DNA of 64,000 nt from an uncultured Gammaproteobacteria bacterium (GTDB taxonomy: Bacteria; Pseudomonadota; Gammaproteobacteria; SZUA-229), in contig CALLCZ010000032.1 in NCBI GenBank assembly GCA_937998645.1, forward strand, positions 5,593 to 69,592. Reading direction: 5' to 3'. Every line of letters begins with the position of its first letter. The first letter of the stretch is position 1. The translations under genes were made by a program, and so were the position numbers. The notes under the pieces were generated by a model. That model was not told the origin of the DNA. It did no database searches and saw only the letters and a program-made list of their open reading frames with translations. Of this stretch, positions 8,984 through 17,988 are shown piece by piece.

Positions 8984-10345
8984 TCAATAGTGGTATTGCA
9001 AATACAGTGTATTGTAGTTACTGCCGCCCTTGATACGGCCAAAGGCTGAAGAGGTTTCAAAAATCGATGAGCGGTGATGCAGGCCGTAGCCAAACCACAG
9101 CTCACGCATTGCATTGGCATTGAACAGGTCACCTATGTTCAGGTCGATACTGACATCAATATAGTTCATCAGATTGCTGGCACGGTAGCCTTTATTATCC
9201 ATTTCCCGTTGTTCCATGTTGGCAATGTCCTTGACGTAAGATACGCCTTCGGCGCCACCCAGACGCCAGCGAATCGGCCATTTCAGGTTCCAGTAGAGTT
9301 TTAAAGCCAGAATATATTCCGTTGTCGGCTGGCTGTCGTAGGTAATACCGCTGTCCGGATCGGTATAGGGATCAGCTTCACGATGGTAGACAAAGCCCGG
9401 CGTAAAATAGACATCCAGCGACTCGACAGTAAACAGGCTGTCTGCAACAGGATGGCCATAGAACACCGATACCATCTGGTTGTTTTGCGGGTCATCCTCG
9501 ACATCCCAGCGGAGCAGGATATCACCCATGTTCGATGGCGTGGCCCAGCCATAGGCGAAACGCCAGTAGGGCTTTGCGTCCAGCGACGGTTTGCGGGCCT
9601 TGCTCTTGTCGTCGAAGAAAGCAACGCCGAGATAGACTTCGCCAAAGGTTTCACGGTCGATTGATGCAGAATTGCGTGTACTGCTATCCAGCAGCGTTGT
9701 CGCCTGGATGCGGCCTAGCAGGTAAAGGTTGCTGATGACGTGGTAGCGCGCTTCAGAGCCGAAGGTCATGTCCCAGCCACTGCCGATGGGGTTGCTGAAG
9801 GTGGTGCCGGGATTGTTGGGATCCTCGAAACCATCGAGACCGTAGTAGCGGTCATTGAACTCCGAGCTTTTCCATCTCAGTCTGGCGTAAGGCAACAGCT
9901 CCCATGAGCCCGAGTCCCAGGCGTACCTGGCATCGATGCTGGCATGCAGGCGTCCTTCGTCATCCGAGAGGAACTCAAGGTTGGACTGCAGCTCGGGGTT
10001 GAAGCGGTACTTGCCCTGCAAACCAAAATCCAGGCCGTTACCGCGTATCTCGTTCTGGTATTCGGCAGGAATGTCGAAAAAGCGGTAGCGGCCGATCAAG
10101 CTGAATTGCCACTCATCCCTGTCATACAGTTTTATGCCACCGGTGTTGCCACGCAGGAACACATACTTGTTATCAAAGAACAGCAGCGGAATGACATCGG
10201 ACACCTGGTCTTCTACCGCCGGGTAGGGGATTCTGGCAATACGAAAGCCCATGGCTATGCCCCAGGGGTCGTACTCGTTCAGGTTGGCCATTGCGGTTGA
10301 TGATATGAGCAGGAGGGCAGCAAAGATGAGTGATTTTTTTAACAT
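8984..10345 (-). CDS. MipA/OmpV family outer-membrane protein with a second C-terminal barrel-like domain
   Basis: Signal peptide; MipA-like N-half (VIPLLFFD, FNDRYYGL); C-half ends HHRSSIF...GGSNYNTLYLQYHY. Confidence 0.75.
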   Translation of the reverse strand: MLKKSLIFAALLLISSTAMANLNEYDPWGIAMGFRIARIPYPAVEDQVSDVIPLLFFDNKYVFLRGNTGGIKLYDRDEWQFSLIGRYRFFDIPAEYQNEIRGNGLDFGLQGKYRFNPELQSNLEFLSDDEGRLHASIDARYAWDSGSWELLPYARLRWKSSEFNDRYYGLDGFEDPNNPGTTFSNPIGSGWDMTFGSEARYHVISNLYLLGRIQATTLLDSSTRNSASIDRETFGEVYLGVAFFDDKSKARKPSLDAKPYWRFAYGWATPSNMGDILLRWDVEDDPQNNQMVSVFYGHPVADSLFTVESLDVYFTPGFVYHREADPYTDPDSGITYDSQPTTEYILALKLYWNLKWPIRWRLGGAEGVSYVKDIANMEQREMDNKGYRASNLMNYIDVSIDLNIGDLFNANAMRELWFGYGLHHRSSIFETSSAFGRIKGGSNYNTLYLQYHY

Positions 10346-10356
10346 TGTGTAATTGA

Positions 10357-11340
10357 CTAAGGTTGTTTACACAGAAATTCAGTTTCCCAGTTCCATGCGG
10401 TTTGAATAATGGATTCAAGATCGGCATGTTCAGGACGCCAGCCGAGTTCCTGTTGTGCAAGGGTCGAATCCGCGACCAGGACTGCGGGATCGCCCGGTCT
10501 GCGTTGATCATGTGTAACCTTGAAGTCCTTGCCGGTTACCTGGCGCGTGGTTTCGATAACCTGCTGCACCGAAAAACCTTTGCCATTGCCCAGATTGTAA
10601 CGTGCGCTGTGGCCGGTATCCTGCATGCGTTTTAGCGCCAGTGAATGTGCTTTACATAAGTCATTTATGTGAATGTAATCGCGTACGCAGGTGCCATCGT
10701 CTGTCGGGTAATCATTACCGAAAACCTTGATGTCTTCGCGACGGCCTGAAGCGGCCTGCAGTATCAGGGGGATCAGGTGGGACTCAGGGTTATGGCGCTC
10801 ACCCAGCTCTCCATCGGGATCAGCACCTGCGGCATTGAAGTAGCGCAGGCAGGTTGATTTCAGGCCATAGGCTGTGTCGTAATCCTGCAGAATCTGTTCC
10901 ACCATCAACTTGGTGCGGCCATAGGTGTTAATCGGGTTCTTGCCGTGTTTTTCATCGATCGGGGTATATTCCGGTTCGCCGAAGATGGCAGCCGTTGATG
11001 AAAAAATGAAGTCGCCTATGTCGTGCTGAATCATGGCATCGAGCAGTACCATGGTGTTCAGCACATTGTTTCGATAGTACTTTGCCGGATTGCTTACAGA
11101 CTCACCGACTTCGATGAATGCAGCGAAGTGCATGACTGCATCAATGTTGTAATTACTGAATACATGATCGAGCACCGCAGGATCGCCAAGATCGCCCTCA
11201 ACAAATTCTCCGTACTTGATTGCATCACGATAACCACAACTCAGGTTGTCGAGGGTGATGACTTCAGTGCCGGAAGTGGACAGCTGTTTGACCATGTGTG
11301 AACCAATATATCCGGCGCCACCTATGACTAGTATGCTCAT
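10357..11340 (-). CDS. galE: UDP-glucose 4-epimerase
   Basis: GGAGYIGSH, VMHFAA, FSSTAA, YGRTK, LRYFNAAGA and DGTCVRDYIH. Confidence 0.96.
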   Translation of the reverse strand: MSILVIGGAGYIGSHMVKQLSTSGTEVITLDNLSCGYRDAIKYGEFVEGDLGDPAVLDHVFSNYNIDAVMHFAAFIEVGESVSNPAKYYRNNVLNTMVLLDAMIQHDIGDFIFSSTAAIFGEPEYTPIDEKHGKNPINTYGRTKLMVEQILQDYDTAYGLKSTCLRYFNAAGADPDGELGERHNPESHLIPLILQAASGRREDIKVFGNDYPTDDGTCVRDYIHINDLCKAHSLALKRMQDTGHSARYNLGNGKGFSVQQVIETTRQVTGKDFKVTHDQRRPGDPAVLVADSTLAQQELGWRPEHADLESIIQTAWNWETEFLCKQP

Positions 11341-11538
11341 CTCAGTCCTTTAGAATAATTCAGTAGCCATTATACAGATCAGCGGCTTGCGAATTCTATA
11401 CGGTTTTTTCAGGGTAAAGCTTTTGAGTTTTAGCTTCATGCGTTCCGGGCATTGGTCGATGTTTGCCATTTTGTCAGGTATCGTGTTATACATAGGTCGC
11501 CATGTCAAAATAATAATAATAACGTGGGTAAATACAAA

Positions 11539-11883
11539 ATGCTGCCGCGCAGGTTGTACGAGCTGCTCCCTTTCCTTTACATTTCCACAGGTATGGTCAG
11601 TGTTGTGCTGGTTGATTCCACGATAGTGCTCATATCATCGATATTGCTAATCATTACGGGCGTTTTCATTTTCTTCATGCGAAGAAGCTTCAGGAAATCG
11701 TTAAACCAGCAATATGAGCAGCGTCGTTTTGTATACGAACCTGATGTGTATGAAGGCATTGAAAAACGTTTCGGTATCGATCGCCGCCGACGCAAGGTCA
11801 CTGAATGGCCAATACTGGATAATGCAGGTGAAAAGATTTTTTCTGATCGCCGAGTAGCTGAACGCCGGATATCTGTTAACTAG
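11539..11883 (+). CDS. Small two-TM membrane protein with an Arg-rich DRR/ERR tail
   Basis: MLPRRLYELLPFLY, two hydrophobic helices, then EKRFGIDRR...DRRVAERR. ATG 11539 preferred over the track start at 11452. Confidence 0.65.
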   Translation: MLPRRLYELLPFLYISTGMVSVVLVDSTIVLISSILLIITGVFIFFMRRSFRKSLNQQYEQRRFVYEPDVYEGIEKRFGIDRRRRKVTEWPILDNAGEKIFSDRRVAERRISVN

Positions 11884-12038
11884 GGTAACTCTGATTAATT
11901 CAGAGTTACCGCAACACATGGATGTGTTGCCATTTTCAGTGGCCGATAAGCCATTGAAAATGTAGAGCAAGATAAAATCGCTCTCATCTTGCTCGTGTTC
12001 TGATAATTCATGGATGAATTATTCAGAACTTCCCTGGA

Positions 12039-12860
12039 TTACTGGTTCAGAAAACTCGACCAGTCTTTCTGCTTATCGCCAAAGACAAAGAAAAACGGAT
12101 TCAGCAGACTGTCTTTGGTATTGTATTCAAGTGCACTCATATCGGTTTTTGTGACATAACCGCCCGCCTGTTCGACGATACACTGCGCTGCGGCGGTATC
12201 CCACTCCGAAGTCAGGCCAAGACGTGGATAGAGGTCCGCCTTGCCTTCCGCAACCAGGCAAAATTTCAGTGAGCTGCCCATGCTCAACATATCCACATCA
12301 GCATAACTGGCCGAAAGGTTTGCCATGTATTTCTGCATTTCTTCCGAGCCATGGGAACGGCTTCCAGCTACAACAAGCCTGTTGTCTTCCGGAGTTTTCA
12401 CCGATATCGGCAGCGGCTCTCCCCCCTGTTCGGACTTGAATGCACCGCCGCCCTCGTGGGCAAAATAATCGATATCAAGAACAGGGACATGTATTACGCC
12501 AAGCACGCTTTTATGGTTATTAATCAGCGCGATATTCACTGTAAATTCACCATTGCGCTTGATGAATTCGCGTGTTCCATCAAGCGGGTCTACCAGCCAG
12601 TAGATGTCCCACCGGCTGCGTTCTTCAAACGGCAGTTTGGCAGACTCTTCTGAAAGTATCGGGATGTCAGGTGTGAGAGCCGACAGCGCTTCAACAATGG
12701 TGTGGTGAGACGCCATGTCGGCATTGGTCAGTGGCGATTTGTCATCCTTGTGCTCGATGTCAAATTCAGTGTCATAAACCTCAAGGATCTTCCTGCCGGC
12801 TTCACGTGCTATTTCAACACAGCTGTCACACAGCGATTTAAGGTCAAGAGAATTTGTCAT
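12039..12860 (-). CDS. cysQ: 3'(2'),5'-bisphosphate nucleotidase CysQ
   Basis: KDDKSPLTNAD, ILSEE, WLVDPLDGTREF, SRSH, GSSLK and EWDTAAAQ. ATG 12860 preferred. Confidence 0.96.
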   Translation of the reverse strand: MTNSLDLKSLCDSCVEIAREAGRKILEVYDTEFDIEHKDDKSPLTNADMASHHTIVEALSALTPDIPILSEESAKLPFEERSRWDIYWLVDPLDGTREFIKRNGEFTVNIALINNHKSVLGVIHVPVLDIDYFAHEGGGAFKSEQGGEPLPISVKTPEDNRLVVAGSRSHGSEEMQKYMANLSASYADVDMLSMGSSLKFCLVAEGKADLYPRLGLTSEWDTAAAQCIVEQAGGYVTKTDMSALEYNTKDSLLNPFFFVFGDKQKDWSSFLNQ

Positions 12861-12920
12861 GTTTAATTCCTGGTTTGATAGAATTCGGGGCAACCAACTA
12901 TAGACGTTATATTACTGCAT

Positions 12921-13577
12921 ATGCCCTTGCCCGACCTCAAAGATATCGATACCGTATTGCTCGACCTCGATGGTACATTGCTGGACCTGCATTTTGATAA
13001 TCATTTCTGGCTTGAATACGTGCCTGTTTGCTACTCGAAACAGCATCAAATACCGTTACAGCAGGCCCACCAGATCCTGATGCAGCGTTACAACGAGGTC
13101 CGCGGCAGCCTCGACTGGTATTGCGTCGAGTTCTGGACCAGGGAGCTGGGCCTGGATATCGAACAACTGAAGCGGGAGGTCGCGCACAAGATTGCCGTGC
13201 ATCCTTTTGTGCATGATTTTCTGCAGTCGGCCCGCAAGCAGGGCAAGCATGTCGTGCTAGTTACCAACGCGCATCCAGCCAGTTTGTCGATCAAGATGGA
13301 AAAAACCGAGCTGGTCGATTATTTTGATCGCATCGTGACATCGCATGAACTCGGTCTTGCGAAGGAAGAGGATGGCTTCTGGCAGAAGCTGCAAACTGTC
13401 GTGTCCTATACACCTGACAGGACCCTGCTTATCGATGACAACCACGAGGTGCTTGAATGCGCCGAGCGCTACGGCATCGAGCACCTGCTTGCAATACACC
13501 GGCCGGACAGCAAGGGCGATGAGAAATCACACGATCGGTATCATATGTTGAAAAGCTTTGAAGAAATCACGATCTGA
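12921..13577 (+). CDS. yrfG: HAD-family GMP/IMP nucleotidase
   Basis: IDTVLLDLDGTLLDLHFDNHFW, LDWYC..FW, LVTNAHP and TLLIDDN. Confidence 0.92.
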   Translation: MPLPDLKDIDTVLLDLDGTLLDLHFDNHFWLEYVPVCYSKQHQIPLQQAHQILMQRYNEVRGSLDWYCVEFWTRELGLDIEQLKREVAHKIAVHPFVHDFLQSARKQGKHVVLVTNAHPASLSIKMEKTELVDYFDRIVTSHELGLAKEEDGFWQKLQTVVSYTPDRTLLIDDNHEVLECAERYGIEHLLAIHRPDSKGDEKSHDRYHMLKSFEEITI

Positions 13578-13597
13578 CAGCAGGATAAGATTAATTC

Positions 13598-13770
13598 AAC
13601 CGCAGAGACGCGGAGGCGCAGAGAAAAGCTTTTTTATTAGTATAATCGTGTGACGCAGGGTGCGCTGTGTGTATTGACCAGGTACAGTAATTCGCGGCTA
13701 AAGCTGCTCCTACAAACAATTCAAGCTTATATATTTTTTGTTTCCTCTGCGCCTCCGCGCCTCTGCGGTG
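13598..13770 (+). mobile_element. Cassette U1 bounded by inverted CGCRGAG x3 arrays
   Basis: Left end cgcagag-a-cgcggag-g-cgcagag (13601-13623); right end is its reverse complement (13745-13767). Confidence 0.75.
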
Positions 13771-13788
13771 AAAAATTTATTCCCAGCC

Positions 13789-13875
13789 CGTAGCCCGGAT
13801 GTAACGAAGTGGAATCCGGGGTTTTTTAATGCTGCTAAACATTCCCGGATTACGCTGCGCTCCATCCAGGCTACG
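13789..13875. repeat. GTAG-type REP pair in inverted orientation (REPIN/BIME-like)
   Basis: cgtagcccggatg-taacgaagtggaatccggg ... cccggattacgctgcgctc-catccaggctacg. Confidence 0.85.
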
Positions 13876-13878
13876 CAG

Positions 13879-13908
13879 CTGAAGAGCTTCGAGGAAATCA
13901 CGATCTGA
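13879..13908 (+). pseudogene. Duplicated 3' end of yrfG (LKSFEEITI*)
   Basis: ctg aag agc ttc gag gaa atc acg atc tga versus yrfG ttg aaa agc ttt gaa gaa atc acg atc tga. Confidence 0.9.
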
Positions 13909-13928
13909 CAGCAGGATAAAATTAATTT

Positions 13929-14140
13929 AACCGCAGAGGCGCGGAGGCGCAGAGAAATTTATTTGTTATCTTGAGCGGTGGCTCCGGCCGCAAAAATCTA
14001 CATTAAGCCAGGAAGTATGCGCCGTGAGTACTAAAACATCGAATGAGTCATATCTGTACCCGTTCTATACACCCAGCGCACCTTGCATCACACGATAATA
14101 CTAAAAACGATTTTCTCTGCGCCTCCGCGTCTCTGCGGTG
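13929..14140 (-). mobile_element. Cassette U2, a homologue of U1 in the opposite orientation
   Basis: Same terminal arrays (13932-13954 and 14115-14137); the interior 14055-14114 is a reverse-complement homologue of 13624-13687. Confidence 0.75.
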
Positions 14141-14146
14141 AAAAAT

Positions 14147-14533
14147 TTATTCCCAGCGCTTGAAGCGTTTTTTGCAATAAGCCAGCAGGTCTTCGTAGTT
14201 CTGGAAGTACAGGTCAAATCCATCCTCTGAAGGTGCATCGTATTCGCAGTAATCGTTGGAATGGTCGCGGCATATCGGCGGGCGGGTATCATAAATGCCG
14301 CAGTCACCATTAACCTGCAGATGCTGGCACTTGCCATCAACCAGTAATGTCCAGCCGTCTTCGTCCTTGTATAACTTCACGTGGTCATGCGAGACCTGCC
14401 AGAGTAGATGCCTGAAGTCATCTTTTGAACGCGGTGTATCGATATGGTGTGTGACATAGGTGCAACATATCGAGCCTGTGCAGAATGAACATTTATTATC
14501 AGGTGTAATCTCGATTTCAGCTTTTTTGTCCAT
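14147..14533 (-). CDS. YkgJ family cysteine-cluster (zinc/iron-chelating) protein
   Basis: CSFCTGSICC ... CQHL...CGIYDTRPPICR...YCE. Confidence 0.9.
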   Translation of the reverse strand: MDKKAEIEITPDNKCSFCTGSICCTYVTHHIDTPRSKDDFRHLLWQVSHDHVKLYKDEDGWTLLVDGKCQHLQVNGDCGIYDTRPPICRDHSNDYCEYDAPSEDGFDLYFQNYEDLLAYCKKRFKRWE

Positions 14534-15300
14534 TACATCAGCCCTAGCTGTTTAAGGTTGCCCTTGTTGTTGAATATAAACTCACCGTTGCCCTGTTTTC
14601 TTGCGAACATCGCGATGCTGCTGGACAGATTGCTGCTGGCAGAGGCATTGGGCTTCATGCTTAGCTGAAGTGAATACGCGCCCTGTGCCGTGGTGGTGAA
14701 TGTGCCATTCAATGCAAGATGGCCGCCCTTGTTGCTAATGCTCCCTGACAGGGGTGATTCATCTTTCTCATTGATTAAAACAGAAACATTACCCAGGTTA
14801 GCGCTTTCGGCAATGGTTATGCTTGCCTGGTTCCATGTGAGTGTGCCGTTAACGCGAGGCACCTGTCCCTGTTCTATATATGCATTATCGATGTGCAGTT
14901 GGAATGTTCCTGACAGTTCACCTAGAGGTAGCGAGACCAGGGAGGCCGCATCGGCAGCGTCGAGTTTCATGTTCAGGTCATCAACAGAAAGACTGCCGCT
15001 TATGCCTGTAGAAAGACGTGCGTCTATCGGCTTGCCGTTGAATTCCGCATTGACGCTGATTGCGATACTTGCCAGCAGCAGGCGCCATGGCAGGAATGAC
15101 CATTCGACATTTTTCAGGGTTAAATTTCTGTTGGTGGTTATGGCGTTTGCCCGGCCGTTCCATAATGTTCCGGAGACATTGTTGATGCTAACCGGTATGC
15201 GGCCTTCGAATACGCCTATTACAGGTGCTGCCGGTACGGTAGCTACCAGGAATACGAAATAGGCAATGATGCCGGTGATTATGTAATGGCGGCTTCGCAT
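14533..15300 (-). CDS. gspN: Type II secretion protein N
   Basis: N-terminal TM; SGTLWNG and LPWRLL motifs; position after gspM. Confidence 0.88.
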   Translation of the reverse strand: MRSRHYIITGIIAYFVFLVATVPAAPVIGVFEGRIPVSINNVSGTLWNGRANAITTNRNLTLKNVEWSFLPWRLLLASIAISVNAEFNGKPIDARLSTGISGSLSVDDLNMKLDAADAASLVSLPLGELSGTFQLHIDNAYIEQGQVPRVNGTLTWNQASITIAESANLGNVSVLINEKDESPLSGSISNKGGHLALNGTFTTTAQGAYSLQLSMKPNASASSNLSSSIAMFARKQGNGEFIFNNKGNLKQLGLM

Positions 15301-15803
15301 CAGTCTCTGTCAAGTGTCATACGTGCATTGATAGCGCCTGCTTTGTCGGCGCGGTCAAAGTTGGCTGAGGATACGCTAATGCCATACTGGGTTTGTAATG
15401 TGCTTAGCCATAGCAGTACCTGGTCAAAAGATGCGTCGTCAATTGTGACGCGTGCGCCTTTATCTGAAGTCGATTCGAGTTTTCTTATATAGGGTTTAAG
15501 ACCTGCTGTGGCGGCGCTTTTTTCTACCAGTAGAGATACGGGTTGCGAGCTGTTTGTTTGCCTTTTTGCGGCGCCCGATGCCTGCAGTGTCCTGACCTCG
15601 GTCGCAGCCGCCTGCATCCAGTCGAGAATGTCGATATGTGTTTGGTATTTCTGCGTCTGAACTTCAACACCCTTGTGGATTGGCTCCCAGATGGTCAGAT
15701 ACAGCAGGGTAATAACGATAACCGCGGACGCAGCCAGCACCAGCTGGCGTTCCCGCTGTTGCAATCCATGATACCAGTGTTGAATATCTTCAAGCTGTTT
15801 CAT
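15300..15803 (-). CDS. gspM: Type II secretion protein M
   Basis: WYHGLQQRERQLV, TM, IWEP and FDQVLLWL. Confidence 0.92.
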   Translation of the reverse strand: MKQLEDIQHWYHGLQQRERQLVLAASAVIVITLLYLTIWEPIHKGVEVQTQKYQTHIDILDWMQAAATEVRTLQASGAAKRQTNSSQPVSLLVEKSAATAGLKPYIRKLESTSDKGARVTIDDASFDQVLLWLSTLQTQYGISVSSANFDRADKAGAINARMTLDRD

Positions 15804-17032
15804 GAGCCCGATCTCTGAAGTCTGATTCTGCCTTTAACAATGTTCTTTTCAGAAGTTGCCGATGTGATTTCGGTCTTAAGCCTGGTGTTTTTGTTCAGTT
15901 GATTGTTCAGTGTTTCAACTGATTGCAGATTGGTGCCTGTGAGTCCGATTTCCATACGATTGTTGCGAAAGTCGATCGACTGGACTTCGATATCTTTCTG
16001 GCTGGATATTGCAGATACCGACTCGGTTAATAGTGCGAGGAACTGGCTTCCCTGTGGCCCGCCGCCGCCTCTGAGTTCATTAAGTTTCTGCTCCATCTGC
16101 ACGCGTGGGTTAACGATGCGCTTGCTGCCGGGAAAGGATTTTTTATAAATGTTCTCAATCTCTAAACCCAGCCCGGCGTTCTTTTGTTTGAGACTGTTTA
16201 ATTCAACAAGATTGATACCCGCGTACAGCACCAGCCACACGGCGGCCAATGATGCGGCCAGCTGCCAGCGATGCCACTGCCCGCTGCTCTTGCGCCTGGG
16301 TTTGTATTTTCCCTGTAACAGATTTAGTGATTTTGCCCTGTCAAATTCTCCGCAGAAAACCACCAGTGGGTGGGTGTTGTAGGCCACTTTTATGATTTCA
16401 ATATCAGTGTCGATTTGATCCAGGGCTGTGTCCGGCTCTTCACCGTCGAGGTAAAAAAAGACGATCTTTTCAGGTTTGTCTACGGATCTGTCGAGACTGG
16501 CCTGCAGTAATAAGGGAAGATTTGCTGTATCGATAACAGAACCGATGAGAGCTTGAAACTGCACCAGCGCCTTGCCGGCATGAAACAGGACTGACCACTG
16601 ATCAGGTGCGGCGGGTGAACAAATTGCATCAGGAATAACTGCATCGATACTGATGCCCGCCTGATTGAATATGGCCAGCAGACTCTCAATGGTATCTTTT
16701 CGAATGCCTGCAACGGGCGTGCCATAGTGCGGGTCCGTTTTGCCTATAACAAAGTGAAAATCTTCAATATCTTCTGCCAGCTGCTCTTCCAGCGCATACG
16801 GGATTGCGCGCAACATTTTTTGCCGATTGCTGGTTGGAAGCTGCACATGGTTTAGATGCACACTACTGCTGTCAAGCAATACGATAACCTTGTGCTGTTG
16901 AGCAACAGTGGCTGCATCCTCCAGTGATCCGCTGGTGATCCGGCTGGTCAACTCGCCCTGGTTATTGACGTGCGACCATGTGGCCTGATCGGGTCTTGCC
17001 GGATCATAATGCAGTAACAGCGTGCTGGCCAT
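15800..17032 (-). CDS. gspL: Type II secretion protein L
   Basis: AIPYALEEQLAEDIEDFHF, NLLQG.Y, TM and FPG..RIVNPRVQM. Confidence 0.94.
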   Translation of the reverse strand: MASTLLLHYDPARPDQATWSHVNNQGELTSRITSGSLEDAATVAQQHKVIVLLDSSSVHLNHVQLPTSNRQKMLRAIPYALEEQLAEDIEDFHFVIGKTDPHYGTPVAGIRKDTIESLLAIFNQAGISIDAVIPDAICSPAAPDQWSVLFHAGKALVQFQALIGSVIDTANLPLLLQASLDRSVDKPEKIVFFYLDGEEPDTALDQIDTDIEIIKVAYNTHPLVVFCGEFDRAKSLNLLQGKYKPRRKSSGQWHRWQLAASLAAVWLVLYAGINLVELNSLKQKNAGLGLEIENIYKKSFPGSKRIVNPRVQMEQKLNELRGGGGPQGSQFLALLTESVSAISSQKDIEVQSIDFRNNRMEIGLTGTNLQSVETLNNQLNKNTRLKTEITSATSEKNIVKGRIRLQRSGS

Positions 17033-17988
17033 CAGAAGACTCCCTGTGAGCGGGCAATAACCACTGTGTTGCCGTCAATACTGCGATGAATAATGCTGTA
17101 GCTGAGAACGCGCACTTGCCCGATTGTGGATTCTGTTTGTAGCATGAAATACTCGGTATCGACGGACAGGCCTTCTGTACTGCCTAATTTTTCTTTCAGA
17201 TTGCTGGAACTGGTGAACTCGCCAATATTGTTGAACGCGGTTTCGTTGCGCTGTTCAATAATTTGTTCAATATCACTATCTGTCAAATCATCTGCCAATG
17301 ATCTTAGCACTTCTGTTGTAGCTGTGTTGATGTTGATCGGTGTATTGATGCCAAATGCACAAACATGTGGCAACACGGTGGCGTACACCAGTGGGTCTTC
17401 GAAACCTTTAATTAACCTGAGTTCGCTGATGCTCTGCAATGGTGTGTTGGCTGTCCTGTATGGCTGAGCCAGGTTCATGTAATGAACATCCTCCGCACCA
17501 TCGGGAATCGTGGTTTGCAGATCACTGTCAATCCAGTCGATGATAGTCTGCGCGCCGGCTTTATCAATCTTCAGATTGGTCAGCAGGCGCTCAAGCCGGG
17601 TGCGGGGCAGGCTGGTGTTTTTGTCGGTACCGGTACTGGTGTCAGCACTGGTATCAAGCAGCGAATTAATATTAAAGCATGATTGCAGGTCAGTAAGCCT
17701 GCCCTGTATATAACCACCTTCAACAGGTAGCGGCGGCAGTTCGATCGCCCAGTCTTCTCCGAGGTGGTCTATTTCACTGTCTTCGCGGTCCTGTTTGAGG
17801 ATGCGCTTGCTCCAGCTTTCAGCAGCGAGCGTATAAAGATAGGCCTGGTCACCGGCGATCACATTGCCTGTTCTGCGCACATCGAGCTGCAAGCGGGTGC
17901 TGATGGAGATGCTTATGGTTGTCGCTATCGCAACAATCAGCAGGGCAGTAATGATGGCGACACCGCGTTGTCGGTTAATAGCTGTCAT
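17032..17988 (-). CDS. gspK: Type II secretion minor pseudopilin K
   Basis: QRG|VAIITALLIVA, DHLGEDWA, FNINSL and DWIDSD. Confidence 0.95.
   Translation of the reverse strand: MTAINRQRGVAIITALLIVAIATTISISISTRLQLDVRRTGNVIAGDQAYLYTLAAESWSKRILKQDREDSEIDHLGEDWAIELPPLPVEGGYIQGRLTDLQSCFNINSLLDTSADTSTGTDKNTSLPRTRLERLLTNLKIDKAGAQTIIDWIDSDLQTTIPDGAEDVHYMNLAQPYRTANTPLQSISELRLIKGFEDPLVYATVLPHVCAFGINTPININTATTEVLRSLADDLTDSDIEQIIEQRNETAFNNIGEFTSSSNLKEKLGSTEGLSVDTEYFMLQTESTIGQVRVLSYSIIHRSIDGNTVVIARSQGVF

Noticed and set aside
12861..12920. nudE absent between cysQ and yrfG
   Set aside because: The spacer is short with no remnant, and gene order varies here, so nothing supports a recent event.
13710..13901. 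Short ORFs over repeat cassettes (also 14101-14340, 28503-28924, 29006-29578, 32809-33138, 50371-50571, 55344-55577)
   Set aside because: They are translations of the repeats (AEARRRR, LCALCGFAPLR, ATEGTEHTE) with no recognisable domain.
13598..14140. Possible mini CRISPR array or integron attC array (four similar ~25-bp repeats)
   Set aside because: The repeats alternate in orientation, spacing is irregular, and there are no cas genes, integrase or RYYYAAC/GTTRRRY boxes.
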